Origin: a virus
Lineage: Duplodnaviria > Caudoviricetes
Direction: 5' to 3' (one strand)
Virus record (IMG/VR): IMGVR_UViG_3300022220_000001
Location: 1 to 60,954 of that record
DNA: 60,954 nucleotides
The notes under the pieces were generated by a model. The model was not told the DNA's origin and did no database searches. It saw only the letters and a list, made by a program, of their open reading frames with translations. Made by a program: the position numbers and the translations under genes. The first letter of the stretch is position 1. Each line of letters opens with the position of its first letter. This document shows, piece by piece, positions 36,744 through 46,469 of the stretch.

Positions 36744-37620
36744 TATCACAACAACCGCAATGCCTAGACCTGACATATTGGATAGGTGCTACTCTTCATT
36801 TCAAAAGTATCTTATTGGGGTAGATTTTACGGAATGTGATTGTTATATCAACATAGATCCATTACCGGCTAGTAATGAAAGACAGTGCAAGTATATTAAC
36901 CAAATGATTAGCGCCACTATCGAAACCGCAAAAAAACATTTTGGAAATGTCATTGTCAGAGCCCCAAAAACACCAAATTATGCAGCGGCCTACAAATGGT
37001 TATGGAGTAAGGCACAGTCAGATATAATTCTTAACATTGAGGATGATTGGGAATTACTAAGGCCGATTAGTGTGAATCATTTGATTAAGAAGTTTACTGC
37101 GATAAAAACATTATACCAAATAGTTTTTCGTGCGTATAGTTATGTTTATCCTACTTGTTGCACAAGTCCATCATTGCTACACAGAAGATGGTATAAGCCA
37201 GTATCAAACGGAATGAACAAAATAGAAAACCCAGAATCACAGATACATAAAAACAATAATAATAAATTTAGTGTGTTCGTTCCGAATCGCAAAACTTGTG
37301 ATAGTAAGAAACACCCTGGGAAAAAAAGAGAGATAGAAAAGTATATTATTCCTTACCCAAAAAACAATTTTGATAGAAGCTGTATTATTGTGAAGGATAT
37401 AGGGAAAAAATGGATAGAAAACAGTCCATATATTAGCCCGGTAGACCTAATACGGCGAGAGAAGGAAATGTATCGGAAGCATAAACATAAGATGGATAGA
37501 GATCAAAAGATATATGCCAAGAAGTGCATAGAAAGCCTAAAAAAGTCTAATTTCTTATCGTGGGTGATAAGGCCAGACGTAAACCCTCTAAAGTGGCTAA
37601 TGGAGTATAAATGCAAATAA
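36733..37620 (+). CDS. GT-A glycosyltransferase (GT2-like)
   Basis: TAMPRP..L, INID, ILNIEDDW, PSL and DIG..W motifs; paralogue of 44728-45471. Confidence 0.7.
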   Translation: MQIDITTTAMPRPDILDRCYSSFQKYLIGVDFTECDCYINIDPLPASNERQCKYINQMISATIETAKKHFGNVIVRAPKTPNYAAAYKWLWSKAQSDIILNIEDDWELLRPISVNHLIKKFTAIKTLYQIVFRAYSYVYPTCCTSPSLLHRRWYKPVSNGMNKIENPESQIHKNNNNKFSVFVPNRKTCDSKKHPGKKREIEKYIIPYPKNNFDRSCIIVKDIGKKWIENSPYISPVDLIRREKEMYRKHKHKMDRDQKIYAKKCIESLKKSNFLSWVIRPDVNPLKWLMEYKCK

Positions 37621-38456
37621 CGATACACACATATATAGGCCACAACTCAGCGGCCTATGCTGAGAATCTTAAAAAACATTGTGACAGGCTTAAGAGTGGG
37701 CAACATGAAATCTTTTACGAATGTTACCGGACAATAAATCACACTCAGTACAAGAAAACCGAGCGCATCCCCATTGGATGGGAGCATATGGCAGATGTTA
37801 ATGCCCATGAAGTTTCTAGTAGTTATAGCCACGCAAAGTGTATCCACAGATCCATTGAAGAAATTGAGCATAGCACAGGATGTCATATTATAATGGATGC
37901 AGATACGTGTATTACATATAAGCATTGGGATGTGGAAGTACTAGAAATGTTGAAGCAATATGATATCTTTGGGTGGGAAAATAAAAGAGGTGTTCCCTCG
38001 GTAATGTTTTTTGCTTTTCATCCTGTTATACTAGACAAAATGAAATTAGATTTTACTCCTATGCTAAAAAACGGAAAAGAAATGTGTGCGAAAGATAGAA
38101 TATGCACTCCGGAAGAAGCAGATGTGTACAAAATAGAACTTGGAGAATATATAAAATGCGATACTGGCTGGAGGATCCCGAAGCTACTACGAGATGCTGA
38201 TTTACATTATTGTTGTTTAAAAAGGGTTCTTGGAGTTGACAAAGAATCAATATTGCCGTTTAAAGATAGGAGGCAGAAAGAATTCTGTTTCAAGGGTGAT
38301 AAGAACGAACACATGTGCGAATGGCATTTGAACTGGAAATTGTTTGGTACACACATGCAAGCTTCACGGAGTTTTGCCTTTAACTCTAACCGTGGCAAAG
38401 TGTGGAAAAGTAGGATAGATATGTACATGCAAAAGGAGCATGGTTTCACAATATAA
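37611..38456 (+). CDS. Putative GT-A glycosyltransferase
   Basis: S.SHA, IIMDAD (DxD), WD, DTGW and THM motifs. Confidence 0.6.
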   Translation: MQITIHTYIGHNSAAYAENLKKHCDRLKSGQHEIFYECYRTINHTQYKKTERIPIGWEHMADVNAHEVSSSYSHAKCIHRSIEEIEHSTGCHIIMDADTCITYKHWDVEVLEMLKQYDIFGWENKRGVPSVMFFAFHPVILDKMKLDFTPMLKNGKEMCAKDRICTPEEADVYKIELGEYIKCDTGWRIPKLLRDADLHYCCLKRVLGVDKESILPFKDRRQKEFCFKGDKNEHMCEWHLNWKLFGTHMQASRSFAFNSNRGKVWKSRIDMYMQKEHGFTI

Positions 38457-38794
38457 TGGATAGAATTTACAAACTTTTTACTGGCGATTATGTTGATTTG
38501 GGTAATATTATTAGTATTGGTAAGATGCAAATCCTAAACAAAAGCGGCCAGTGGAATGTAGATATGAAATTGTATTTAAAAATTTTTATAAAAATGCAAT
38601 TGTGTAATAGTGATCTAATTATACAAGAGGATATCAACGAAGAATATGCCCATTACGAACATTGGATAGATGAGGATGGTTACGATAATACCGAAATGCC
38701 GAAAATTACCAATGTGGGAAAGAAGTATTATGAAGAAAAATATAATGAATTTATAAACGCATGGGAAAGGTATGTTAATGATGAAATACAGTAA
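38456..38794 (+). CDS. Hypothetical protein
   Basis: 112 aa, coupled to its neighbours. Confidence 0.5.
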   Translation: MDRIYKLFTGDYVDLGNIISIGKMQILNKSGQWNVDMKLYLKIFIKMQLCNSDLIIQEDINEEYAHYEHWIDEDGYDNTEMPKITNVGKKYYEEKYNEFINAWERYVNDEIQ

Positions 38795-39308
38795 AACAGC
38801 ACACATACCAATAATAGAAGAAATCGCAAAGGGAATTAAGGCAGCGGGTAATAATCAAAGATACCTTGAGTTGGGAATAGCAAAAGCCAGGTGTTTCAAT
38901 CGTATAGCACCATATTTTGAAAAGTCTTATGCGGTTGATGTAAATTTTGAGGCATTGCTAAATGTAAGTGTAAAAACATTGTGTGTTATGAAGTGTGTTA
39001 ATACTGATGTTTTTTTTGAGCAACCCAGGAATATTAAGTTTAACCTTATATTTATCGATGCGAATCATGCTATCAAAAACGTTGTAGCGGACACTTGTCA
39101 CGCGTTAAGTGTAATTGCTGATGAGGGTATAATAATACTACACGACACTTATGCACCTGATGAGGAATCGGCACCACATTGTAAAGATGCGTGGAGAATA
39201 CAGGAATACCTAAAGAGTGATGACAGTCTACAATATATAAATTTACCTTTTTACTACGGATTAACTATTGTTAAAAAACACGTTAAAAGAAAATGGTGGA
39301 TTGAGTAA
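38772..39308 (+). CDS. SAM-dependent O-methyltransferase (Methyltransf_24-like)
   Basis: YLELG, LIFIDANH...V..D and GIIILHD motifs. Confidence 0.8.
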   Translation: MLMMKYSKTAHIPIIEEIAKGIKAAGNNQRYLELGIAKARCFNRIAPYFEKSYAVDVNFEALLNVSVKTLCVMKCVNTDVFFEQPRNIKFNLIFIDANHAIKNVVADTCHALSVIADEGIIILHDTYAPDEESAPHCKDAWRIQEYLKSDDSLQYINLPFYYGLTIVKKHVKRKWWIE

Positions 39309-39809
39309 GTGGAAAACGAAGATAAAGTAAAAGAACTTCAAGAAGAAGTTGAAGATCTAAAGATTGATATCACGGCGCAAAAGGAGTTCACGCGGTTGTA
39401 CGCAGCCGTGAATAAGACTGAAAACAGAGCTGTTTTAAATTGTGCCAAGATACAGATACTAGAGGACGAAATAAAAGGGGTTAAGGTTGATATCACCGAT
39501 ATAAAGACAGGTATGAAGGAAGCGACAACGGATAGGATGGAGATAAAAAAAACTATGATGGCAACCGATACCAAAGTAAGCACGGTACTACTTACAATGG
39601 AAAACTTTATAGTAAAGTATAAGAATGATCTTTGGAAATTTTTAGTAGGAATATTTATTATGCTGTTCACTTTTTTTGGTGGAATATGGGTAACACAAGA
39701 CAGAAGTATTAAGACATTTAAGGATGATATTATTAAGCTTCTTATAGAGGACAAGGTAGGGGGAAATATAAAAGAAAGGAAAAAAGTGTATGAATATGAG
39801 AAAAAATAG
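39309..39809 (+). CDS. Coiled-coil protein with C-terminal transmembrane helix (possible holin-like)
   Basis: Heptad-rich N-terminus; FLVGIFIMLFTFFGGIWV transmembrane segment. Confidence 0.5.
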   Translation: MENEDKVKELQEEVEDLKIDITAQKEFTRLYAAVNKTENRAVLNCAKIQILEDEIKGVKVDITDIKTGMKEATTDRMEIKKTMMATDTKVSTVLLTMENFIVKYKNDLWKFLVGIFIMLFTFFGGIWVTQDRSIKTFKDDIIKLLIEDKVGGNIKERKKVYEYEKK

Positions 39810-39884
39810 GCGAGGAATATATAAATGGACTGTTATTGCCATGGCTTTGGCAACGATTCTTATATGGGTAATTAGAGGGTGCTA

Positions 39885-40538
39885 ATGGACAAAAAAGCTT
39901 TTGTATTAACAATGATAATAGGTACTGTGGTTGGATGGGAATGGAATTTTTTTCATTACAAAAATGGCGTTGTTCATGCCTGGGATTTTGGTACTGGTGA
40001 GACTTTTGGTATATTGATCTGTGGTATTCCTGCCGTTGATTGGGCGTTTTATGCTGTTACAGGATTTTTCTTCCTTACTATGATTGTAATTGATCCACTA
40101 AAAAAACCATATGAGAAAGTCTTTGGGTTAGATGATTGTAGTTATTGTAGCCATCACACTATTAAGGTAACGAACTTTTTTGTTTTGGGCATAGCAATAA
40201 TTGTTGGTATAGTTTTCTTCGGTTGGTCTGGCACGTTTAGCTCTATACTTTTTGGTATCCCTTCTTTTTTGGCATTACTCTATATTGATGGCGATTTAAA
40301 TGTCCCACATTTTATTCGTACTGGGATTATTGTAGTTCCAACTAATGTAATTTGGGAAATTTTTGCTACCCCCATTACTAAGCAGTGGTGGTATAACCCT
40401 GAATCAGGTTTGTTTTCAGATCATTGGTGGTGGTGGGGTATACCGTTTGAGATGACACCAATGTTAGGTTTTTTTGCGTGGTATTTTATATTTACTACTT
40501 ATAGTTATTTGAGAAAGGCTTTCCCTGATGGAAAATAA
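39885..40538 (+). CDS. Multi-pass membrane protein with two lycopene-cyclase-domain-like repeats
   Basis: WE...W.F/Y...GIP.D/E motif occurs twice; preceded by a 29-aa hydrophobic ORF (39796-39885). Confidence 0.5.
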   Translation: MDKKAFVLTMIIGTVVGWEWNFFHYKNGVVHAWDFGTGETFGILICGIPAVDWAFYAVTGFFFLTMIVIDPLKKPYEKVFGLDDCSYCSHHTIKVTNFFVLGIAIIVGIVFFGWSGTFSSILFGIPSFLALLYIDGDLNVPHFIRTGIIVVPTNVIWEIFATPITKQWWYNPESGLFSDHWWWWGIPFEMTPMLGFFAWYFIFTTYSYLRKAFPDGK

Positions 40539-40821
40539 AAAACCCAATCTATTGTATACAAATAAAATGCGTACTGTATGTGAGGTGATAAGGGAAACGA
40601 ATGATATTATTTGTGACGAACGGATCAAAAAGGGCATTAGAAAGCAGTTGAAAGATAAAATAACAGAAATTCATAAGATGGTTAAAAGAATGGATAAAAA
40701 ACTGATAGAATATAAAGAAAATTATAGTCAGAAATGGTATGAAGAAAATAATGGCTATGAAAATAGCTATTCCAAAAGACAACACAGGAAAAGAGTAAAA
40801 AAGAGCAAGCATGAGTCTTAA
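40528..40821 (+). CDS. Hypothetical protein
   Basis: RTVCEVIRE...KRMDKKL..YK motif. Confidence 0.55.
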   Translation: MENKKPNLLYTNKMRTVCEVIRETNDIICDERIKKGIRKQLKDKITEIHKMVKRMDKKLIEYKENYSQKWYEENNGYENSYSKRQHRKRVKKSKHES

Positions 40822-41437
40822 AACAGTATACACAGTGATAGCCGGGAAAGGCTACAAGCTAAGAGAACCTGAAAAGGTTTGCCATGGGTGGCAATATGTA
40901 TGCTATACAGACCAGTCTTTTAAGTCGGATGTATGGGAGACCAGAGCTCTACAACAAACCCAGGATAGTAGCAGAAGACGATCCAGGGTTTCCAAGATCG
41001 CAGTTGTATTTAACGGTGTTTCTATATATATGGATGCTAAATTTCGGCCTGTTAATAATTTGGATTATTATGTGGAAAAATATCTTGATGGGTATGATAT
41101 GGCAATTATGTCTCACCCTAAAAGGAATTGTTTATATAAAGAGTCAACCTTCCTTACAAGGACAAACATAGAAAAATGGGAGAATATACAGCTACAGTTG
41201 AGCCGATACATTAATCAAGGGTTTCCGAAGGAGTACGGTTTGTGGGCACCTGGTATAATGATTCGAAGGGATAATGAAACGGTTAGAGATTTTTGTGGAT
41301 TATGGTGGAATGAGTATATTAGTGGAACCGAAAGAGATATGATCAGTTTAGCCTATACAATATGGAAAACTCGCCATTCAAAAATAAAAATAAATGTAAT
41401 GCCATTTAGAAAAACATACAAGAGGTTTCGAATATGA
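40811..41437 (+). CDS. DUF616 (TOD1/MUCI70-like) glycosyltransferase
   Basis: VYT.I.G.Y.L.EP, CYTD, IYMD, HP.RNCLY.E and RD.ISL.Y motifs. Confidence 0.8.
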   Translation: MSLKTVYTVIAGKGYKLREPEKVCHGWQYVCYTDQSFKSDVWETRALQQTQDSSRRRSRVSKIAVVFNGVSIYMDAKFRPVNNLDYYVEKYLDGYDMAIMSHPKRNCLYKESTFLTRTNIEKWENIQLQLSRYINQGFPKEYGLWAPGIMIRRDNETVRDFCGLWWNEYISGTERDMISLAYTIWKTRHSKIKINVMPFRKTYKRFRI

Positions 41438-41691
41438 GAATCCTTGATATAACAACAGCACTAATAAAATTTATATTAGATAAACCAGCAGAGGTTTGTC
41501 TGAAGTGTAAAAATTTATATATTGATAAAGACACTAAGTCTATTCATTATAGTTCTAAATATTGCTGCAAGATACATAAAATCCGTGATGAGTATTATTA
41601 TATTAAAGGAATTGTGTCTTATTGGGATTGTAGTGTTATAAGAGGTAGAAATATAATATTGAATCAATATTGTAGAAATTATAAACAGTGA
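41434..41691 (+). CDS. Cys-rich hypothetical protein
   Basis: CxxC...C...C..R...C pattern. Confidence 0.5.
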   Translation: MRILDITTALIKFILDKPAEVCLKCKNLYIDKDTKSIHYSSKYCCKIHKIRDEYYYIKGIVSYWDCSVIRGRNIILNQYCRNYKQ

Positions 41692-41716
41692 AAAAATGTA
41701 AAATATAGTAGGAGTA

Positions 41717-42070
41717 ATGATGGTTAATATAACGAAGTGTGACAACTGTGATGGCGTTGGTATTATGGCATGGGCAATATATGATGATAATGATAAAGAT
41801 GATAATGGTGAGTACAAAAGCCCTCAGTTGTTGAAAATAAAAAAAACAGAAATGGAAATAGAAAAAGCAACAAAAGCACCTCATGACGGTAAAGAAATTA
41901 GAGGATGTGATAATAAAGGGGTTGAATGTAATTTGCGATATCATTTTTGCTATAACTGCAACGGCAGCGGCGAACAACCTATTAGTGATAATATGCGGTA
42001 TACTATATTAGTAAATTTATACAATAGGTTAGGAAGTATTGAAAAGTTATTAAGCGATAAACCAAGATGA
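41717..42070 (+). CDS. DnaJ-type zinc-finger (CxxCxGxG) protein
   Basis: CDNCDGVG and CYNCNGSG. Confidence 0.55.
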   Translation: MMVNITKCDNCDGVGIMAWAIYDDNDKDDNGEYKSPQLLKIKKTEMEIEKATKAPHDGKEIRGCDNKGVECNLRYHFCYNCNGSGEQPISDNMRYTILVNLYNRLGSIEKLLSDKPR

Positions 42071-42513
42071 ATTTTGCAAAATATATAAAAACATTAAAAT
42101 TAAAAACTGTAGGCATGGTAGAGGTGCCAATAGAAACTATAAGTTGTCAGTACAACCCTGATAGATACAAGTTTTGGCGTGAAGCTTGCGGAGAGTCTTT
42201 AGATATAAAAAACGGGCCTTTCTGGGAATATCTCATGTACAAAAAACTTGACAAATATAATAGGTTGTTTAAGCTATACGGCAGATCTGAGGTGTGGGTC
42301 ACAAACAATATTCTCAAGTTTCAGAAAATGTATAATGATATCTCTGTTAATGGATTTGATGAAAAAAAAGGCTTTCCTATAATTCTTGGATCACCTGTGA
42401 TAAATAATAAGTATAGTAAGGGCCACGAAATTTTTGAAGGGCACCGAAGATTATCGATATGTCTATATCTGGGAATCAAGCAAAGGGTAAAATTATGCAA
42501 AATTATCTCATAA
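42067..42513 (+). CDS. ParB/Srx-like domain protein
   Basis: I...GF...PI...IFEGHRRLSI...LG motif. Confidence 0.6.
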   Translation: MNFAKYIKTLKLKTVGMVEVPIETISCQYNPDRYKFWREACGESLDIKNGPFWEYLMYKKLDKYNRLFKLYGRSEVWVTNNILKFQKMYNDISVNGFDEKKGFPIILGSPVINNKYSKGHEIFEGHRRLSICLYLGIKQRVKLCKIIS

Positions 42514-43070
42514 TATGCGCAGGTTCAACGATAATGGAATATAGAAAACGAATCCAGAGTTATATTAACCGTATTCACCCTATAGTAATTGGAATAAACA
42601 ATGTAGCACACTTGTTTAAACTTGACTATCATATGTGGACAAATTACCGAAGATTTAGAAGCTTTTATTCCGGTGATAGCACAAAATTGATATTTAGTAA
42701 TAGCCTCTATGAGAAAATTCTAGAAAAAAAGTTGTATGGGTTTGGGAGCACATACGCAGCAGATGATATTATACTTATTCATGATGAAATCGAAAGATGG
42801 AGAACGGCAGGTATTAGGGCTATACAATACGCCAACGATAACAATCATGGCACAATAGATGTTGTTGGAATGGATGGGTATAGCCTAAAGTATAACGGTA
42901 ATCAACATTGTTACGGAGTCGGAAGTACCGATACTGATAATAAGGAATATTGTAAAACAAAAGACAAAGTTATGTGTGCTAATATGCTTAGGATGAAAAA
43001 AGAGGGTGTTAAATTCAGGATACTAACACCAACCGTTTTTAAAAAATTCTATTGTGATAATATTTTATGA
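42495..43070 (+). CDS. Maf/DUF115/GT29-like fold protein, candidate ulosonate transferase
   Basis: YLIICAGST, VIGINN, DY and IDVVGMDG motifs; adjacent to the aldolase and CMP-sugar synthetase. Confidence 0.5.
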   Translation: MQNYLIICAGSTIMEYRKRIQSYINRIHPIVIGINNVAHLFKLDYHMWTNYRRFRSFYSGDSTKLIFSNSLYEKILEKKLYGFGSTYAADDIILIHDEIERWRTAGIRAIQYANDNNHGTIDVVGMDGYSLKYNGNQHCYGVGSTDTDNKEYCKTKDKVMCANMLRMKKEGVKFRILTPTVFKKFYCDNIL

Positions 43071-44032
43071 AGATATTAGATTGTACACTTAGAGACGGTG
43101 GGTACTGCAACAATTGGGTTTGGAATTATAATGTTCCGGCACAGGTTGTCGATGCCTTATATCCTCATGTAGACATCATAGAAATAGGATATCGTAGGCC
43201 GAAAAAGAATGGATATGAATATTGTGGTGATGAATTTATTAGAAATATTTTTGAAGAAAGACACTTTAATAAAATCGCAATTATGATTGATATCAAAGAT
43301 TATATGTGTGGTGACATGTTTAGTCAGGAACAATTAGATATACATTTTGATGAAAAAAAAGTATCTCCTATAGAATATGTAAGGGTGGCGTGCACAATAA
43401 ATAACCTAAACGCGGCGATTAAAGCAACATTGGTATTGAAACAAAAAGGGTATAAAACAACAATAAACATAATGAAAGCCACACTTTTAACAACCAAACA
43501 GTGGCAGGACATATACAATATGATGTTTGATGAAATATTTAATCATTTATCATATCTATACTTCGCTGATTCGTTTGGTAGTGTCTTCGGCAACAAACTA
43601 GTAGCGCCGGAAATAATGGTAAGCTATCGGCCTGTTGAGGTTGGTATTCACCCACACAATAATACAGGTATGGCTTTTTCTTATTGGAAAGAAGCTGATG
43701 CAGATATTATAGATTCGTCAATAGCAGGTCTTGGGCGTGGCGCTGGAAATCTTGATACAATCCAAGTCTTAATGGATAGGGATGGTACGCTTGATCGCAA
43801 GTTATACGAATGCTTAAAAGATATAGAAAAAATTAAAAAGAAAGCACAGTGCGGTTATTGCTACGAGTATCATTATTGTGCGAAAAACAACATTCACCCG
43901 AATTATGCGGTATACCTTAAGGGGTTGCGTAAGTATGGGCGATTTGATATAATAAAAATACTTGGGGAAATTGATAACTACAAAAAGATCTCTTTTGATA
44001 AGAGATATATGGAGAATATAATAAATGAGTAA
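43067..44032 (+). CDS. HMGL-like (DRE-TIM) pyruvate aldolase
   Basis: ILDCTLRDGGY.NNW, IIEIGY, YFADSFG, GIHPHNN.GMAF and DSSIAGLGRGAGN motifs. Confidence 0.9.
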   Translation: MKILDCTLRDGGYCNNWVWNYNVPAQVVDALYPHVDIIEIGYRRPKKNGYEYCGDEFIRNIFEERHFNKIAIMIDIKDYMCGDMFSQEQLDIHFDEKKVSPIEYVRVACTINNLNAAIKATLVLKQKGYKTTINIMKATLLTTKQWQDIYNMMFDEIFNHLSYLYFADSFGSVFGNKLVAPEIMVSYRPVEVGIHPHNNTGMAFSYWKEADADIIDSSIAGLGRGAGNLDTIQVLMDRDGTLDRKLYECLKDIEKIKKKAQCGYCYEYHYCAKNNIHPNYAVYLKGLRKYGRFDIIKILGEIDNYKKISFDKRYMENIINE

Positions 44033-44741
44033 TGTGTCAATAATTATTCCTGCAAGATGGGGAAGTAGCAGATTCCCTGGAAAACCATTAGCTAAAATAA
44101 ACGGTAAAGAAATGATTTTGCACGTAGCTGATGGATGTGCACCAGCTTTTGGAAAAGATGTTGTGTATGTAGTTACAGATGATGATAGGATATCTAATTG
44201 TGTTACTAAGTCAGGTTTTAAGGTAATCATGACAAGAAAAGATCAAGTGTTTCATACTGGGATGGACAGGGTTGCATATGCTGCTAAGTTTCTTGATAGT
44301 GAATATATCATTAATGTTCAGGGAGATGAGCCTCTTGTCGATTTCAGAGATTTGCAAAGAATGTACGGAAAACGTAAGCCTGTTTTAAATTGCTATCAAC
44401 GCATTTTAACCAAAGACCAAATAAACAACAGAAATACAATAAAAATAATAACTAAAAAAGCAAATGAGTTATTGTATGCCTCGCGTGAAATGGTACCATC
44501 AAAGGGGGCTGATTACAAAAAACAAGTGTGTCTCTATATGTTTAAAAAAGACAACTTGCTTGAATTGTATGGTGAGGGGAAAAAAGTTGGAACTCTAGAA
44601 TTTGGTGAAGATGTTGAAATTTTAAGGATACTAGATTATTGTGACGATGTATATATGATGAAAGTGGATGGGAAATATCAATCCGTTGATGTACCAGAGG
44701 ATATTGTGAAAGTGGAAAGGTTATTGAATGGAGAAAAGTAA
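44025..44741 (+). CDS. kdsB: CMP-3-deoxy-ulosonate cytidylyltransferase (KdsB-like)
   Basis: IIPARWGSSRFPGKPL, TDD, TG.DR, INVQGDEP and SVDVPED motifs. Confidence 0.9.
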   Translation: MSNVSIIIPARWGSSRFPGKPLAKINGKEMILHVADGCAPAFGKDVVYVVTDDDRISNCVTKSGFKVIMTRKDQVFHTGMDRVAYAAKFLDSEYIINVQGDEPLVDFRDLQRMYGKRKPVLNCYQRILTKDQINNRNTIKIITKKANELLYASREMVPSKGADYKKQVCLYMFKKDNLLELYGEGKKVGTLEFGEDVEILRILDYCDDVYMMKVDGKYQSVDVPEDIVKVERLLNGEK

Positions 44742-45471
44742 TATAGACTTGTGTATTGTAGCAACGTTAAGACCAGAAATATTAAAACGGACTATTGTAA
44801 GCTTTTTTAAACATATTACTTATGTTGGTGGTATAAACTTATGCATTAACATAGATTGTGTGCCAAAATACAAAGACCACGGTAAAAGAGAACAATGTAT
44901 CAATGATATTGGTGTTATTTGTGGTATGGCTGCGCAAATATTTAAAAAAAACTGTAAGTCTTTCATAGTCACAGATGGTTTTAATTTTTCAGCTGCGGTA
45001 AAGAGGTTGTGGGTAAATACAAAATCGGACTATGTATTTCATCTTGAGGATGATTGGGAATTTATAAAGGATATTGATCTTAATGAATGTATAGAAAGAA
45101 TGAACAACGAAGATTTTGACTATATGAGGTTCCCAAAGAAAAACGCACCTCATCTAAATAGATTATGGAAAGTTGCCTTGCAACCTTCATTATGGCGTGG
45201 TAATGTAGTACGTGAACTCGCTGAACACATGAAGACAGACAAAGATCCGGAAAAACAATTAAGAATAGGGCAAGGTAATAAAAAGTTGGATAAAATATTA
45301 ACCAGAATACAAAAAAAGGGACTCAAGGATTATTGTTCAGAATGGTGTTGCCAGGATATTGGTAGGGAGTGGAGAGAAGAACAAGGTCTTATCAAGTGGA
45401 ATGCTGTTGAACCTGAGAAGGTATCAAAAAACAATCAGAATGCAAAAAATATTACTTGGTGGGAAAAATGA
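44728..45471 (+). CDS. GT-A glycosyltransferase (GT2-like)
   Basis: ATLRPEIL, INID, VFHLEDDW, PSLWR and DIGREW motifs. Confidence 0.7.
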   Translation: MEKSNIDLCIVATLRPEILKRTIVSFFKHITYVGGINLCINIDCVPKYKDHGKREQCINDIGVICGMAAQIFKKNCKSFIVTDGFNFSAAVKRLWVNTKSDYVFHLEDDWEFIKDIDLNECIERMNNEDFDYMRFPKKNAPHLNRLWKVALQPSLWRGNVVRELAEHMKTDKDPEKQLRIGQGNKKLDKILTRIQKKGLKDYCSEWCCQDIGREWREEQGLIKWNAVEPEKVSKNNQNAKNITWWEK

Positions 45472-46469
45472 CCAAATGGCTGTTTTTTAGGGGGCGATGG
45501 GATGATGATGTTTTAAACCCACAAAAAAACAATGCAGATATGTGGATGAATTTATTTCATGAAATCTGCAAAGACAAAAATAGTATGTGTGATATTGCGT
45601 TCTATGGCAAAGAAATAAAACATCCCATAACAGTAAACTTAGGTGAAAACGAAGGACATCCCCCATTAATTCATTCAAAAAAAAATATTTCAAAACTACA
45701 TTGTTTTCCTAATCTTAATTACATATTTGTTCGTGGGGGGTTCGTGGAATACCTGCCGTTGTTAAAAAACTGTAATAAGTATTATCCTAATATATATCTA
45801 ATAAGATACGGGGCAGGAAAGCGGTATATGCCAGAGCCTAATATAAAATATAATCTAATTTTGGTAGACTCAGAATATCAACAAAAAGAAGTTTTGTCAA
45901 AATATCCAAAAGCAAATGTGAAATTGTTCATAAAACCAGCAGCAAGACACTTTATGCCAATCCCGTGTGAAAAAGAATATGATGTGTGTTTCATAGCAAA
46001 AGACCCACAAGCACATTTTAAGGGTGTGCAGTGGGTGTATGATACGGTACCGAGGGACATTAACGTCCTTCATCTTGGAAGTGATGGAAGGCATAACCCA
46101 CCAAGTAATGTTACTTGTAAGCTTGTGGATAGGATTGATATGCCTACATGGATATCAAAATGCAAGATTGGTATTGTTCCGTATTTCAACAAAATCGATA
46201 GCTGCCCTAGAATAATTCCTGAGATGACAGCGTGTGGATTGCCATTGGTTGTCTCAGATATAGTTAATCTTTGGTTTGAGAAATATCGCGTAACAAGAAG
46301 TAACGATATGGAATTTTGGGAAAAGGTAAAGTTAGTAAATGGGAAAATTTACGATACGGAAAGTTTGGTGGATGGTACATGGTCATTATTTATAAATAAT
46401 TATTACCAGAAAAATTTATCAGTACCGGTAGCTGCTGAACATCTTAGAAAATTAATGGGGATAGAATGA
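45468..46469 (+). CDS. GT-B glycosyltransferase (GT4-like)
   Basis: KEYDVCF, KG and DSCPRIIPEMTACGLPLVV motifs. Confidence 0.75.
   Translation: MTKWLFFRGRWDDDVLNPQKNNADMWMNLFHEICKDKNSMCDIAFYGKEIKHPITVNLGENEGHPPLIHSKKNISKLHCFPNLNYIFVRGGFVEYLPLLKNCNKYYPNIYLIRYGAGKRYMPEPNIKYNLILVDSEYQQKEVLSKYPKANVKLFIKPAARHFMPIPCEKEYDVCFIAKDPQAHFKGVQWVYDTVPRDINVLHLGSDGRHNPPSNVTCKLVDRIDMPTWISKCKIGIVPYFNKIDSCPRIIPEMTACGLPLVVSDIVNLWFEKYRVTRSNDMEFWEKVKLVNGKIYDTESLVDGTWSLFINNYYQKNLSVPVAAEHLRKLMGIE

Noticed and set aside
42067-42513. ParB as evidence of a plasmid-prophage partition system
   Set aside because: There is no ParA, HTH or parS array; it is a lone ParB/Srx-like catalytic domain within a sugar-modification cluster.
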